46,024 nucleotides of DNA from Rhodophyticola sp. (GTDB lineage: Bacteria; Pseudomonadota; Alphaproteobacteria; Rhodobacterales; Rhodobacteraceae): positions 1 to 46,024 of the forward strand of contig JANQNZ010000119.1 in NCBI GenBank assembly GCA_028279315.1, written 5' to 3'. The translations under genes and the position numbers were made by a program. Below are positions 38,484-46,024 of this stretch, piece after piece; position 1 is the stretch's first letter, and every line of letters begins with the position of its first letter. The notes under the pieces were generated by a model. It was not told the origin of the DNA. It saw only the letters and a list, made by a program, of their open reading frames with translations, and searched no databases.

Positions 38484-39305
38484 ATGTTCGAGGCCAAGCG
38501 ACAAAGATCGACCCTACGGCTGCTCTTCAATCTAGCGGAGCTGACGTTCCACTCCTCCGTGCGCAAGGTGCGGCAGACCCATCGCAACGCGCTGATGTCG
38601 ATTGCGCTCAATGTGTTGCAGACGGCCCTCTTCCTCGCCGCCTTCTATCTTCTGTTCACCGTCTTGGGCACACGCGGTATGGCGATCCGCGGGGACTTCC
38701 TGCTCTACCTGCTGTCAGGGATCTTCCTCTACCTCACTCATATCAAAGCTTTGAGCGCCGTTATGGGGTCCGAGGGGGCCGCCAGTCCGATGATGCTGCA
38801 CGGGCAGATGAACACAATTGTCGCGATCCTGTCCTCGGGCCTTTCCAATCTCTATCTTCAGACCCTCACCCTCTTCATCATGCTCTTTGGCATCCACGTG
38901 CTGGTGAACCCGCTTGAGATCCAGCATTGGGAACTGGCCTTCATGATGTTCCTCTTGGCTTGGTTCTCCGGCTGCGCGATCGGGATTGTGTTTATGGCTT
39001 TGCAGCCGTGGTTGCCGGATTTGATCTCAATTCTGAAGACGGTCTACGTGCGGGCAAACATGATCGCGTCGGGCAAGATGTTTGTGGCCAATATGTTGCC
39101 CTCGATGATGGTGGCGATGTTCGATTGGAACCCGCTTTTTCACATCATCGACCAGTCGCGCGGGTTCGTCTTCATCAACTACAATCCGCATTTCACGAAC
39201 TGGGAATACCCGCTTTATTTCAGCCTTGGCATTCTGATCCTGGGTCTGATGGGGGAGTTCTATACCCGCAAACATGTCTCGGCGAGTTGGGGCGCCGGGC
39301 GGTGA
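38484..39305 (+). CDS. ABC-2 polysaccharide export permease (KpsM/Wzm-like)
   Basis: About six TM helices; WNPLFHIIDQSRG motif; divergent from the glycan operon. Confidence 0.8.
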   Translation: MFEAKRQRSTLRLLFNLAELTFHSSVRKVRQTHRNALMSIALNVLQTALFLAAFYLLFTVLGTRGMAIRGDFLLYLLSGIFLYLTHIKALSAVMGSEGAASPMMLHGQMNTIVAILSSGLSNLYLQTLTLFIMLFGIHVLVNPLEIQHWELAFMMFLLAWFSGCAIGIVFMALQPWLPDLISILKTVYVRANMIASGKMFVANMLPSMMVAMFDWNPLFHIIDQSRGFVFINYNPHFTNWEYPLYFSLGILILGLMGEFYTRKHVSASWGAGR

Positions 39306-39910
39306 GATGGCTTGCGGCCCTTGCCGGCCTGGTCACCGGCCTGGCGGCAGAGGCCCAGGAATACCCCGCGCTTTATGACGTGCGCGGCGTCGCCGCCGAT
39401 GACGTTTTGAACTTGCGCGCTGGCCCCGGCGTCAGTCATCCGGTCCTTGGGAGTTTGCGACCAGATGCGCAGGAGGTTGAGGTCATCGGGCCAAGCGCCA
39501 ATGGCCGCTGGCTCCAGATCAATCTGGGTGAACAGACCGCTTGGGCTTCCTCGTTCTACATGCAGCGGCGCGGGCCAATCTGGTCTTTCGGGTTGCCAAG
39601 CCCGCTGGCCTGTTTCGGGACCGAGCCGTTTTGGTCGCTTGATCGAGACGGCGGCACCGTGACGCTGACGGATATGGGCTTCACCGAACGGCGGTATCAG
39701 GAGGTCTGGAGCGGCCCGGCCACCGGAGGTGGAGATCAGGCGTTTGGCGCGGTTTGGCAAAGCAGCGAGACCCGGCTCAGCGCGACCTTGCGGCGGGAAG
39801 CCTGCAATGACGGTATGTCAGACCGAGCGTTTGGGATGTCGATCCTTCTGATCGATGAGACGGCGGAGGGCGCGCAGATGCTCTCGGGCTGTTGCAGCCT
39901 GGCGCCTTAG
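39302..39910 (+). CDS. Secreted SH3-domain protein (COG3650-like)
   Basis: GTGA overlap; signal peptide; DVLNLRAGPG SH3b motif; CFGTEPFW and CNDGMSDR...GCC. Confidence 0.85.
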   Translation: MRWLAALAGLVTGLAAEAQEYPALYDVRGVAADDVLNLRAGPGVSHPVLGSLRPDAQEVEVIGPSANGRWLQINLGEQTAWASSFYMQRRGPIWSFGLPSPLACFGTEPFWSLDRDGGTVTLTDMGFTERRYQEVWSGPATGGGDQAFGAVWQSSETRLSATLRREACNDGMSDRAFGMSILLIDETAEGAQMLSGCCSLAP

Positions 39911-40002
39911 ATCGGGTTGCAACAAGCGCCAATAAGCGGGGACATCGATAGGCTAGGACGGACGATCCAATGGCGTTGCCGAAAAAGCCGGCCTTTCCGG
40001 GA

Positions 40003-40204
40003 CGGATTTGCCGGCAAATCCGCGCTGGTGCTGCGGTGCAAGCTTCGCCTTCGGGCGGGCGCGCTGACACCGCGGGTGGATATTGCGTATTTAGGGAAAG
40101 ATGAAGGGGCGAGGGCCGTCTCGAAAAGGCCCCAGTGGCGCCTTTCAGGCCCGAGCGGGCGGAGCCCCAAAGGCCGGATCGGAAGACCTCCAGCGGAGGT
40201 TTCC
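40003..40204. repeat. Mosaic of palindromic intergenic repeats
   Basis: Perfect palindrome CGGATTTGCCGGCAAATCCG (40003-40022); CCAGTGG-centred element 40124-40168; related GGAAGACCTC-CAGCG-GAGGTTTCC (40181-40204). Confidence 0.75.
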
Positions 40205-40280
40205 AGGCTCGCGCGCGGGGCGCGTTGATGGGAGGGTGGTCGGAGCCGGGGCGGCGCGACCCAATCTGCCTCGCCGCACC

Positions 40281-40886
40281 TCAATCCACCACCCTCAGCG
40301 TCAGATTGATCCGCCCGCCCTTGGGCAAAAGCTGGCTCGACCCCGGCCTGACCCGGTCAATGCCGTGATGGATCAGCCGCGCGTCTCCGCCGAGCACGAC
40401 AACATCGCCGGATGTCAGCCAGATCGACTCCGTCGCTCCACTCCGCGCAACATTCCCCAGCCGAAAGAGCGCATCATCGCCAAGCGAGATCGACACAACC
40501 GGCATGGAGAAATCCGCCTCGTCCTTATCCTGATGCATCCCCATCTTGGCGTCGGCACCGTAGTAATTGATCAAACAGCAATCAGGCTCCCGCGCGAGAC
40601 CCGTCACATCCCGCCAGAGGTCGAGGACCATCGCTGGAATGGCGGGCCAAACGACACCGGAGGGGTGGCGCGGCTCATACCGATAGCCTTTCCGATCCGA
40701 AAACCAGCCATACCGCCCCGCTGCGGTCATCCGAACCGACATCGGCTTGCCCCACCGTGTCTCTGGCCGAAAGAACGGCGCGGCGCGGATGATTTCGCGA
40801 AGCGCATCCACAAGCGCCTGCTGCGCCTCAGGATCGAGATAGCCTTGATAAAGATCGGCCCCGCGGATCGTCAGTGTCTTCTGCAT
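40281..40886 (-). CDS. alkB: Alpha-ketoglutarate/Fe(II) dioxygenase AlkB
   Basis: PDCCLINYY, MGMHQDKDE (HxD), PVVSISLG, HHGI, RINLTLR. Confidence 0.92.
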   Translation of the reverse strand: MQKTLTIRGADLYQGYLDPEAQQALVDALREIIRAAPFFRPETRWGKPMSVRMTAAGRYGWFSDRKGYRYEPRHPSGVVWPAIPAMVLDLWRDVTGLAREPDCCLINYYGADAKMGMHQDKDEADFSMPVVSISLGDDALFRLGNVARSGATESIWLTSGDVVVLGGDARLIHHGIDRVRPGSSQLLPKGGRINLTLRVVD

Positions 40887-40998
40887 GACCCCACATTTAT
40901 CGATCCAAGCCCCGGCCGGCGAGGGGTCCGCTTTCGACCACCGCCCCCGATTCCGGCGAATTCGCCGCTTTCGCCCCTGTTTTTCACCGTTTCATCGG

Positions 40999-41027
40999 CT
41001 TGCAGCCCCAAAACACGCTTCTTATAT
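40999..41027 (+). promoter_or_regulatory. Putative RpoH (sigma32) promoter of dnaK
   Basis: CTTG-N18-CTTATAT, matching the alphaproteobacterial RpoH pattern, about 110 bp upstream of dnaK. Confidence 0.65.
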
Positions 41028-41137
41028 ACGCTCCGAACCGGGCCGGGGCCGACCCCCTGGCCAGACCTTGGGGCGGATTGGGGGCCGAATGCGGACCCGA
41101 CCCCGTCTTGATCGCCTACGAAAGGGACAAAACAGCT

Positions 41138-43057
41138 ATGGCAAAAGTGATTGGTATCGACCTCGGCACCACGAACTCTTGTGTTGCGATCATGGATGGC
41201 GCGCAGCCGCGTGTGATCGAAAACTCCGAAGGCGCGCGTACCACGCCTTCGATTGTGGCCTTCACCGATGATGAGCGTCTGGTGGGCCAGCCCGCCAAAC
41301 GGCAGGCCGTCACCAACCCCGACAACACCGTTTTTGCCGTCAAACGCCTGATCGGCCGCCGCGTGGACGACGCGGAGGTGGAGAAGGATAAGAAGCTTGT
41401 CCCTTACGCGATTGTCGATGGCGGCAATGGCGACGCTTGGGTTGAGGTGAGGGGTGAGAAATACTCGCCCGCCCAAATCTCTGCCTTCATCCTTGGCAAG
41501 ATGAAAGAGACCGCCGAAAGCTATCTCGGCGAGGACGTGACCCAAGCGGTCATCACCGTGCCCGCCTATTTCAACGACGCCCAGCGCCAAGCCACCAAAG
41601 ACGCCGGCAAGATCGCCGGTCTGGAAGTGCTGCGCATCATTAACGAGCCGACGGCGGCGGCCTTGGCCTATGGTCTCGACAAGAAAGAGACCAAGACCAT
41701 CGCGGTCTATGACTTGGGCGGCGGCACCTTCGATATCACGATCCTGGAAATCGATGACGGCCTGTTCGAGGTGAAATCGACCAATGGCGACACTTTCCTC
41801 GGCGGGGAAGATTTCGACATGCGGATCGTCGATTACCTGGCCGGTGAGTTCAAGAAGGAAAACGGCGTCGATCTGACCAAGGACAAGATGGCCCTGCAAC
41901 GCCTGAAAGAGGCGGCGGAAAAGGCTAAGATCGAGCTGTCGTCCTCCAGCCAGACCGAGATCAACCAGCCGTTTATCTCGATGGACCCCAATGGCGGCCA
42001 GCCGTTGCATATGGTCATGAAACTGACCCGGGCGAAGCTGGAATCGCTGGTCTCGGACCTGATCAAACAATCGCTGAAACCCTGTCAGGCGGCGCTGAAA
42101 GACGCCGCGCTGGCGAAGGGCGATATCGATGAGGTGGTGCTGGTCGGCGGCATGACCCGGATGCCGAAGGTCATCGAAGAGGTCACGAATTTCTTCGGGA
42201 AAGAGCCGAATAAAGGCGTGAACCCGGATGAAGTCGTCGCCATGGGCGCCGCGATTCAGGCCGGTGTTCTGCAAGGGGACGTGAAGGATGTCGTCCTGCT
42301 CGACGTCACGCCGCTCTCCCTGGGGATTGAGACGCTTGGTGGCGTTTTCACGCGCCTCATCGACCGCAACACCACGATCCCGACGAAGAAATCCCAGATT
42401 TTCTCCACCGCCGAGGACAATCAGAACGCGGTCACAATCCGCGTCTTCCAAGGCGAACGCGAAATGGCCGCCGACAACAAGATCCTCGGCCAGTTCAACC
42501 TGGAAGAGATCCCGCCAGCCCCCCGTGGCTTGCCCCAGATTGAGGTGACTTTCGATATCGACGCCAACGGCATCGTCTCGGTCGAGGCGAAGGACAAAGG
42601 CACCGGTAAGGAACAGAAGATCACAATCCAGGCCTCTGGCGGTCTCAGCGATGAGGATATCGAACAGATGGTCCGCGACGCCGAAGAGAACGCCGAGGCG
42701 GATAAGGAACGCAAAGATCTGGTCGAGGCCCAGAACCAGGCCGAAAGCCTGATCCACTCGACCCAGAAATCGCTTGAGGAACACAGCGACAAGGTGGACC
42801 CAACCACGGTTGAGGCCATCGAGCTTGCGATCAAGAACCTCGAAGAGCAGATGGAGACCGAGGATGCCGGCAAGATCAAAGGCGGCATCCAGAACGTCAC
42901 CGAAGCCGCGATGAAGCTGGGCGAAGCGATCTATAAGGCGCAGCAGGAAGAGGCAGGCGAGGAAGCGCCGGAAGGCGAAGATGAGCCCCAGGGTGTCGAT
43001 GACGACATCGTGGATGCCGATTTCGAAGATCTGGGCGACGACGAGAAACGTTCGTAA
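41138..43057 (+). CDS. dnaK: Chaperone DnaK
   Basis: [43 protein letters not shown]. Confidence 0.99.
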   Translation: MAKVIGIDLGTTNSCVAIMDGAQPRVIENSEGARTTPSIVAFTDDERLVGQPAKRQAVTNPDNTVFAVKRLIGRRVDDAEVEKDKKLVPYAIVDGGNGDAWVEVRGEKYSPAQISAFILGKMKETAESYLGEDVTQAVITVPAYFNDAQRQATKDAGKIAGLEVLRIINEPTAAALAYGLDKKETKTIAVYDLGGGTFDITILEIDDGLFEVKSTNGDTFLGGEDFDMRIVDYLAGEFKKENGVDLTKDKMALQRLKEAAEKAKIELSSSSQTEINQPFISMDPNGGQPLHMVMKLTRAKLESLVSDLIKQSLKPCQAALKDAALAKGDIDEVVLVGGMTRMPKVIEEVTNFFGKEPNKGVNPDEVVAMGAAIQAGVLQGDVKDVVLLDVTPLSLGIETLGGVFTRLIDRNTTIPTKKSQIFSTAEDNQNAVTIRVFQGEREMAADNKILGQFNLEEIPPAPRGLPQIEVTFDIDANGIVSVEAKDKGTGKEQKITIQASGGLSDEDIEQMVRDAEENAEADKERKDLVEAQNQAESLIHSTQKSLEEHSDKVDPTTVEAIELAIKNLEEQMETEDAGKIKGGIQNVTEAAMKLGEAIYKAQQEEAGEEAPEGEDEPQGVDDDIVDADFEDLGDDEKRS

Positions 43058-43134
43058 CCCGCGTGACCTAACCCCGCACGGCCGGCCGAGGGGCTCCTTG
43101 GCCGGTCGGCGCGTTTCAAAAGGGGGCGTGCAAA

Positions 43135-44289
43135 GTGGCAAAACGCGACTATTACGACGTTCTGGGTGTGGAGCGCGGCGCCTCCGAGGCTGAGATCAAG
43201 AAAGCCTTCCGGCAGAAGGCGAAACAGCTTCACCCGGATCGCAACGCCGACAATCCCGAGGCCGAGGCCCAATTCAAAGAAGTGAACGAAGCCTATGAGG
43301 TTCTGAAAGACGGGGACAAGAAGGCCGCCTATGACCGGTTTGGCCATGCGGCCTTTGATGGCGGTATGGCGGGCGGGCCCCGTGCAGGTGGGTTTGGTGG
43401 CCAAGGTCAGGGCGATTTCGCCAGCGCGTTTTCGGACGTCTTCGAAGACCTCTTCGGTGATTTCATGGGCGGCCAGCGCACCGGCGGGCGGCCCCGCGCC
43501 GCGCGCGGCTCTGACCTGCGCTACAATCTCGGGATCAGTCTGGAAGAGGCCTATGCCGGCCTTCAGAAATCCATCACCATCCCGACCTCTGTCACCTGTT
43601 CCAGTTGCAACGGCACAGGCTCTGAAGGTGGCGCGGAGCCCGTGACCTGCCCGACCTGTTCCGGCATGGGCAAGGTTCGAGCGCAGCAAGGCTTCTTCAC
43701 GGTCGAGCGCACCTGCCCGACCTGTTCCGGCACCGGGCAGATCGTGAAAAACCCGTGTAAGGTCTGCGGCGGCTCAGGCCGGGAGCAGAAGGAAAAGGCG
43801 CTCTCGGTGAATATCCCAGCGGGCGTCGAAACAGGCACCCGCATCCGGCTTTCGGGTGAGGGGGAGGCGGGCCTGCGCGGAGGACCCTCCGGCGATCTCT
43901 ATATCTTTATCGAAGTGGCCGACCACCCGCTGTTCCAGCGGGACGGGATGGACCTGTTCTGCCGGGTGCCCGTTTCGATGGTCACCGCGTCCCTTGGCGG
44001 TGAGATCGAAGTGCCGACAATCGATGGCGGGCGCAGCCGGGTGAAGGTGCCCGAAGGCTCTCAATCAGGCCGGCAGATGCGCCTCCGCGGGAAAGGCATG
44101 CCCGCACTCCGCGGCACGGGCATGGGGGAGATGTATATCGAGCTGGCCGTGGAAACCCCGGTGAAACTGACCGCGCAGCAGAAAGAGCTGCTCAGGGAGT
44201 TCGAAGAGTCCTGCGCGCAGTCAAACACCCCAAATGCCAGTGGGTTCTTTGAGAAGGTTAAGACCTTCTGGGATGATATGAAGAGCTGA
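43135..44289 (+). CDS. dnaJ: Chaperone DnaJ
   Basis: J-domain HPD, G/F region, four CxxCxGxG repeats. Confidence 0.99.
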   Translation: MAKRDYYDVLGVERGASEAEIKKAFRQKAKQLHPDRNADNPEAEAQFKEVNEAYEVLKDGDKKAAYDRFGHAAFDGGMAGGPRAGGFGGQGQGDFASAFSDVFEDLFGDFMGGQRTGGRPRAARGSDLRYNLGISLEEAYAGLQKSITIPTSVTCSSCNGTGSEGGAEPVTCPTCSGMGKVRAQQGFFTVERTCPTCSGTGQIVKNPCKVCGGSGREQKEKALSVNIPAGVETGTRIRLSGEGEAGLRGGPSGDLYIFIEVADHPLFQRDGMDLFCRVPVSMVTASLGGEIEVPTIDGGRSRVKVPEGSQSGRQMRLRGKGMPALRGTGMGEMYIELAVETPVKLTAQQKELLREFEESCAQSNTPNASGFFEKVKTFWDDMKS

Positions 44290-44317
44290 GCGCCGATCCG
44301 GACCCGACAGGTCCGGC

Positions 44318-44362
44318 AAAAGGTCCAGTGGACCTTTTGAGGCGCGAACGGGCGGAGCCCAA
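44318..44362. repeat. CCAGTGG-centred palindromic repeat, possibly a bidirectional terminator
   Basis: AAAAGGTCCA-G-TGGACCTTTT followed by GAGGCGCGAACGGGCGGAGCCC; homologous to 40124-40168. Confidence 0.75.
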
Positions 44363-44392
44363 GAAGTCAGACGTCCCGCCCATCCTTTTCTG

Positions 44393-45274
44393 TCAGCGCG
44401 CGACGTCCTCCATAAACCCCCGCACCTCTTCCGCCAGCGGCATCGCATCCGCCGCCCCTGGCCGGGACACCTGCAAAGCCGCCGCCGCACTGGCGTGCGC
44501 GATCGCGTCTTCCCGGCTCAAGCCAGCGTCGAGCCCTGCGGCCAGATACCCCGCAAAACAATCGCCAGCGCCGGTGGTGTCGACGACTTTCGGCGCCGGG
44601 TAGGCCGCTTGATCAATCGTCCCGCCGTCATGGTGCCACACCGCACCGTTTGCGCCTCTGGTGACGATGACCTCCAGCCCCGATAGGGTCGAAAGTGCCT
44701 GATGTAGAGACGATTCCAGTGCCGCCGCTTCACCTTCATTCAGAAGCAAGAGATCGATCAGGGGCAACATCTCTCGTGCGGCGTCGGCGACAAAAGGCGC
44801 TGCGGAATAGATGGCCCGTAAGCCCCGTTCGCGTGCCAGCCGCGCGGCGACGGCTGAGGCGTTGACCTCATTTTGGAGGATCAAGCTGTCACCCGGACCA
44901 AACCCGTCCAAACCCGCCCGAATTTGCGCGTCTGTCTGCGTCAAATTGGCGCCCGGGAATAGCACAATCGCATTCTCCCCGGCCTGATCGACAGTGATGA
45001 TTGCATGGCCGGTTGGGATGTCACCCTCAGACACGTGGCTAACATCCACGCCAGCCTCGGCCATTTGAGCGGTCGCGAATTGCCCCTCCGGCCCAATCGC
45101 CCCCAAATGTGAAACCCGCGCTCCGGCCTTTGCCGCGGCGATCGACTGGTTCGCACCTTTGCCGCCTAAGCCTTTGGCATAGCTGTCGGCCGCCAAGGTC
45201 TCCCCCGGCTTCGGCAGATGCGGCACGCGATAGACATGATCGATGTTGATCGAGCCGACGCAGATGATCGCCAT
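44393..45274 (-). CDS. rbsK: Ribokinase (PfkB family)
   Basis: GSINID, GGKGANQSIAAA, PTGHAII, LQNE, DTTGAGDCF. Confidence 0.9.
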   Translation of the reverse strand: MAIICVGSINIDHVYRVPHLPKPGETLAADSYAKGLGGKGANQSIAAAKAGARVSHLGAIGPEGQFATAQMAEAGVDVSHVSEGDIPTGHAIITVDQAGENAIVLFPGANLTQTDAQIRAGLDGFGPGDSLILQNEVNASAVAARLARERGLRAIYSAAPFVADAAREMLPLIDLLLLNEGEAAALESSLHQALSTLSGLEVIVTRGANGAVWHHDGGTIDQAAYPAPKVVDTTGAGDCFAGYLAAGLDAGLSREDAIAHASAAAALQVSRPGAADAMPLAEEVRGFMEDVAR

Positions 45275-45277
45275 CGC

Positions 45278-46024
45278 CTAGCGCCCGATCTCGCAGGCTG
45301 CCATGACCGCCATGTTGAGGATGTCATTGGCCGTTGAGACAGTTGCGCAGATCTGCACCGGGCGGTCGAGGCCTGTCAGGATCGGGCCAATCACCGTGGC
45401 CCCCGCCATTTCCTGCATCAGTTTCACCGAAATCGAGGCCGAATGCCGCGCGGGCACGACGATCACATTGGCCGGCCCCGACAGGCGGCAAAACGGGTAT
45501 TGCGCCATCACATCGGGGTTCAGCGCCACATCGATGGCCATCTCCCCATCATATTCGAAATCAACGCCTTTGCCGTCCAGCACCTGTGGCGCCAGGAGCA
45601 TCTTCTCAGCCCGTTCGGATACTGGATACCCGAAGGTAGAGAAGCTCACGAAGGCCACCCGGGGCTCTAACCCCAAATCGCGTGCCACCTGCGCGCCGCG
45701 TTCGGCGATCAGCGCCAGGTCTTCGGCCTCAGGCCATTCATGCACCAGTGTGTCGCCAATCAGAACGATCCGCCCCTTGTGCAACAGCGCGGTCACTCCG
45801 ACAGCCCCATCTTCGGCCCGCGCATCGAACACCCGACCGATCAGATCCAGCACGTGGGCCGATTTTCGCGTCGCGCCTGTGACCAAAGCATCGCCATGGC
45901 CATGGGCCAGCATCAGACTTGCGAAGACATGGCGGTCGCGGGCGGCCAAGCGGTGGATATCGCCGTGGTCGAACCCCTGGCGTTGCAGCCGCTGATAGAG
46001 AAACGCCTTATAGGTATCGAGATG
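45278..46024 (-). CDS. maeB: NAD(P)-dependent malic enzyme, C-terminal PTA-like domain (5'-truncated by window)
   Basis: Frame open to window edge (HLDTYKAFLYQRLQRQG...); EPRVAFVSFSTFG, FEYDGEM, GPILTGLDRPVQI. Confidence 0.85.
   Translation of the reverse strand, partial: HLDTYKAFLYQRLQRQGFDHGDIHRLAARDRHVFASLMLAHGHGDALVTGATRKSAHVLDLIGRVFDARAEDGAVGVTALLHKGRIVLIGDTLVHEWPEAEDLALIAERGAQVARDLGLEPRVAFVSFSTFGYPVSERAEKMLLAPQVLDGKGVDFEYDGEMAIDVALNPDVMAQYPFCRLSGPANVIVVPARHSASISVKLMQEMAGATVIGPILTGLDRPVQICATVSTANDILNMAVMAACEIGR

Noticed and set aside
38927-39301. N-terminal extension of the SH3 ORF
   Set aside because: Lies inside the permease gene in another frame; GTG 39302 gives a signal peptide and coupling
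40887-41137. CIRCE element upstream of dnaK
   Set aside because: No TTAGCACTC-N9-GAGTGCTAA present; an RpoH-like promoter is seen instead
40871-43141. 756-aa ORF antisense to dnaK
   Set aside because: Well-known shadow frame of dnaK caused by codon bias; no independent RBS or motifs

Overview
High-GC chromosomal segment of an alphaproteobacterium, most likely Rhodobacteraceae/Roseobacter group (inferred from gene content and order). It is mostly core genome: a partial tonB-like gene, an AraC regulator with a secreted repeat protein, an FtsX/LolCDE-type ABC exporter with an AttH/CrtC-like lipocalin, a membrane alpha/beta hydrolase, serB, gltD-[2 secreted ORFs]-gltB, uppP, an NDUFA9-like protein, tamAB, tRNA-Leu(CAG), rnd-lptCAB-hpf-ptsN, a sulfotransferase/glycosyltransferase/galU/kdsB/cysQ/kpsM surface-glycan locus, an SH3 protein, alkB, dnaK-dnaJ, rbsK and a partial malic enzyme. 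I saw no transposase, integrase, phage or CRISPR genes. Best candidates for an undescribed system: (1) the AraC module driving a Lys/Cys/Trp-free secreted protein built from 56-aa repeats, with visible tandem operator sites and a related site upstream of araC; (2) the putative sulfated-glycan locus with a tandem sulfotransferase and a GT14 enzyme. Several convergent intergenic gaps carry REP-like palindromic elements. Product calls come from motif and family recognition by eye; no searches were run. Start codons were re-picked by RBS or gene overlap where stated.
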